A stretch of 64,000 nucleotides of DNA from NCBI GenBank assembly GCA_963696395.1, contig CAVOJZ010000002.1, positions 495,317 through 559,316 on the forward strand. Reading direction: 5' to 3'. The notes below the pieces were generated by a model, which made no database searches, was not told the origin of the DNA, and was given only the letters and a program-made list of their open reading frames with translations. This stretch comes from an uncultured bacterium (GTDB lineage: Bacteria > Patescibacteriota > Minisyncoccia > UBA6257 > 2-01-FULL-56-20). Position 1 is the first letter of the stretch, and each line of letters starts with the position of its first letter. The translations under genes were made by a program, and so were the position numbers. Of the stretch, positions 63,887-64,000 are shown in pieces.

Positions 63887-64000
63887 ATTCATGGCAAAGT
63901 TTGAAATTGCTTGGGAGGCACCTGAGTTCGAATATCTCGAGAAGGATGTTTCGTGGTATTGGATTTCGATTATTGTTGCCGCGTGCATCGTAGCTTTCGC
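63887..64000 (+). CDS. 5' fragment of a gene running off the window (MAKFEIAWEAPEFEYLEKDVSWYWISIIVAACIVAF...). Membrane protein
   Basis: open frame to the window end, TM helix begins at residue ~25. Confidence 0.25.

Overview
This 64 kb window looks like a streamlined bacterial chromosome, most likely from a CPR/Patescibacteria-like organism. That placement is inferred from gene content: minimal housekeeping genes, many TrbC/VirB2-like pilin genes, giant surface proteins with peptidoglycan-binding domains, a tRNA-Ile with a UAU anticodon and a tRNA carrying a group I intron.

Well-supported housekeeping genes: trigger factor, a PAS histidine kinase with a receiver-only response regulator, FtsH, the glyA / DNA-3-methyladenine-glycosylase-like / folD overlapping operon, ribosomal protein S1, GyrA, XerC/D, rpsO-pnp (with a NYN-domain gene between them), RecA, a RodZ-like protein, FtsK, a cysteine desulfurase, HtrA, ClpB and HU. 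tRNAs His, Val, Arg, Pro, Leu, Ile(UAU) and Gly(TCC)-like are also present.

Accessory content:
1. About 6.2-13.9 kb is a mobile, hypervariable locus. It holds small hypothetical genes, a HicAB module, and back-to-back IS481-like and IS30 transposases. These are organised as gene cassettes separated by repeated copies of the 3' end of a tRNA-Gly-like gene (core GAGCGGGTT). Next to it, a tRNA-Ile(UAU) has its 3' half tandemly duplicated.
2. A tRNA-Phe(GAA) at 21746-22039 is interrupted by a 222-nt group I intron with clear P1/P10 pairing and R/S core elements. It sits immediately after an HTH plus LAGLIDADG-like ORF.
3. Five tandem TrbC/VirB2-like pilin paralogs lie at 28.1-31.3 kb, one fused to a lytic transglycosylase domain. 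Secreted proteins, an SPFH protein and a 1956-aa surface protein follow.
4. A 9-bp motif (ATCCGGCAA / TTGCCGGAT) occurs about 10 times in and upstream of a wHTH regulator gene.
5. There are two NYN/LabA-like paralogs, and a 9-bp tandem repeat inside a large surface protein gene.

No CRISPR array or rRNA was seen. Every functional call rests on motif recognition by eye, not on database searches.
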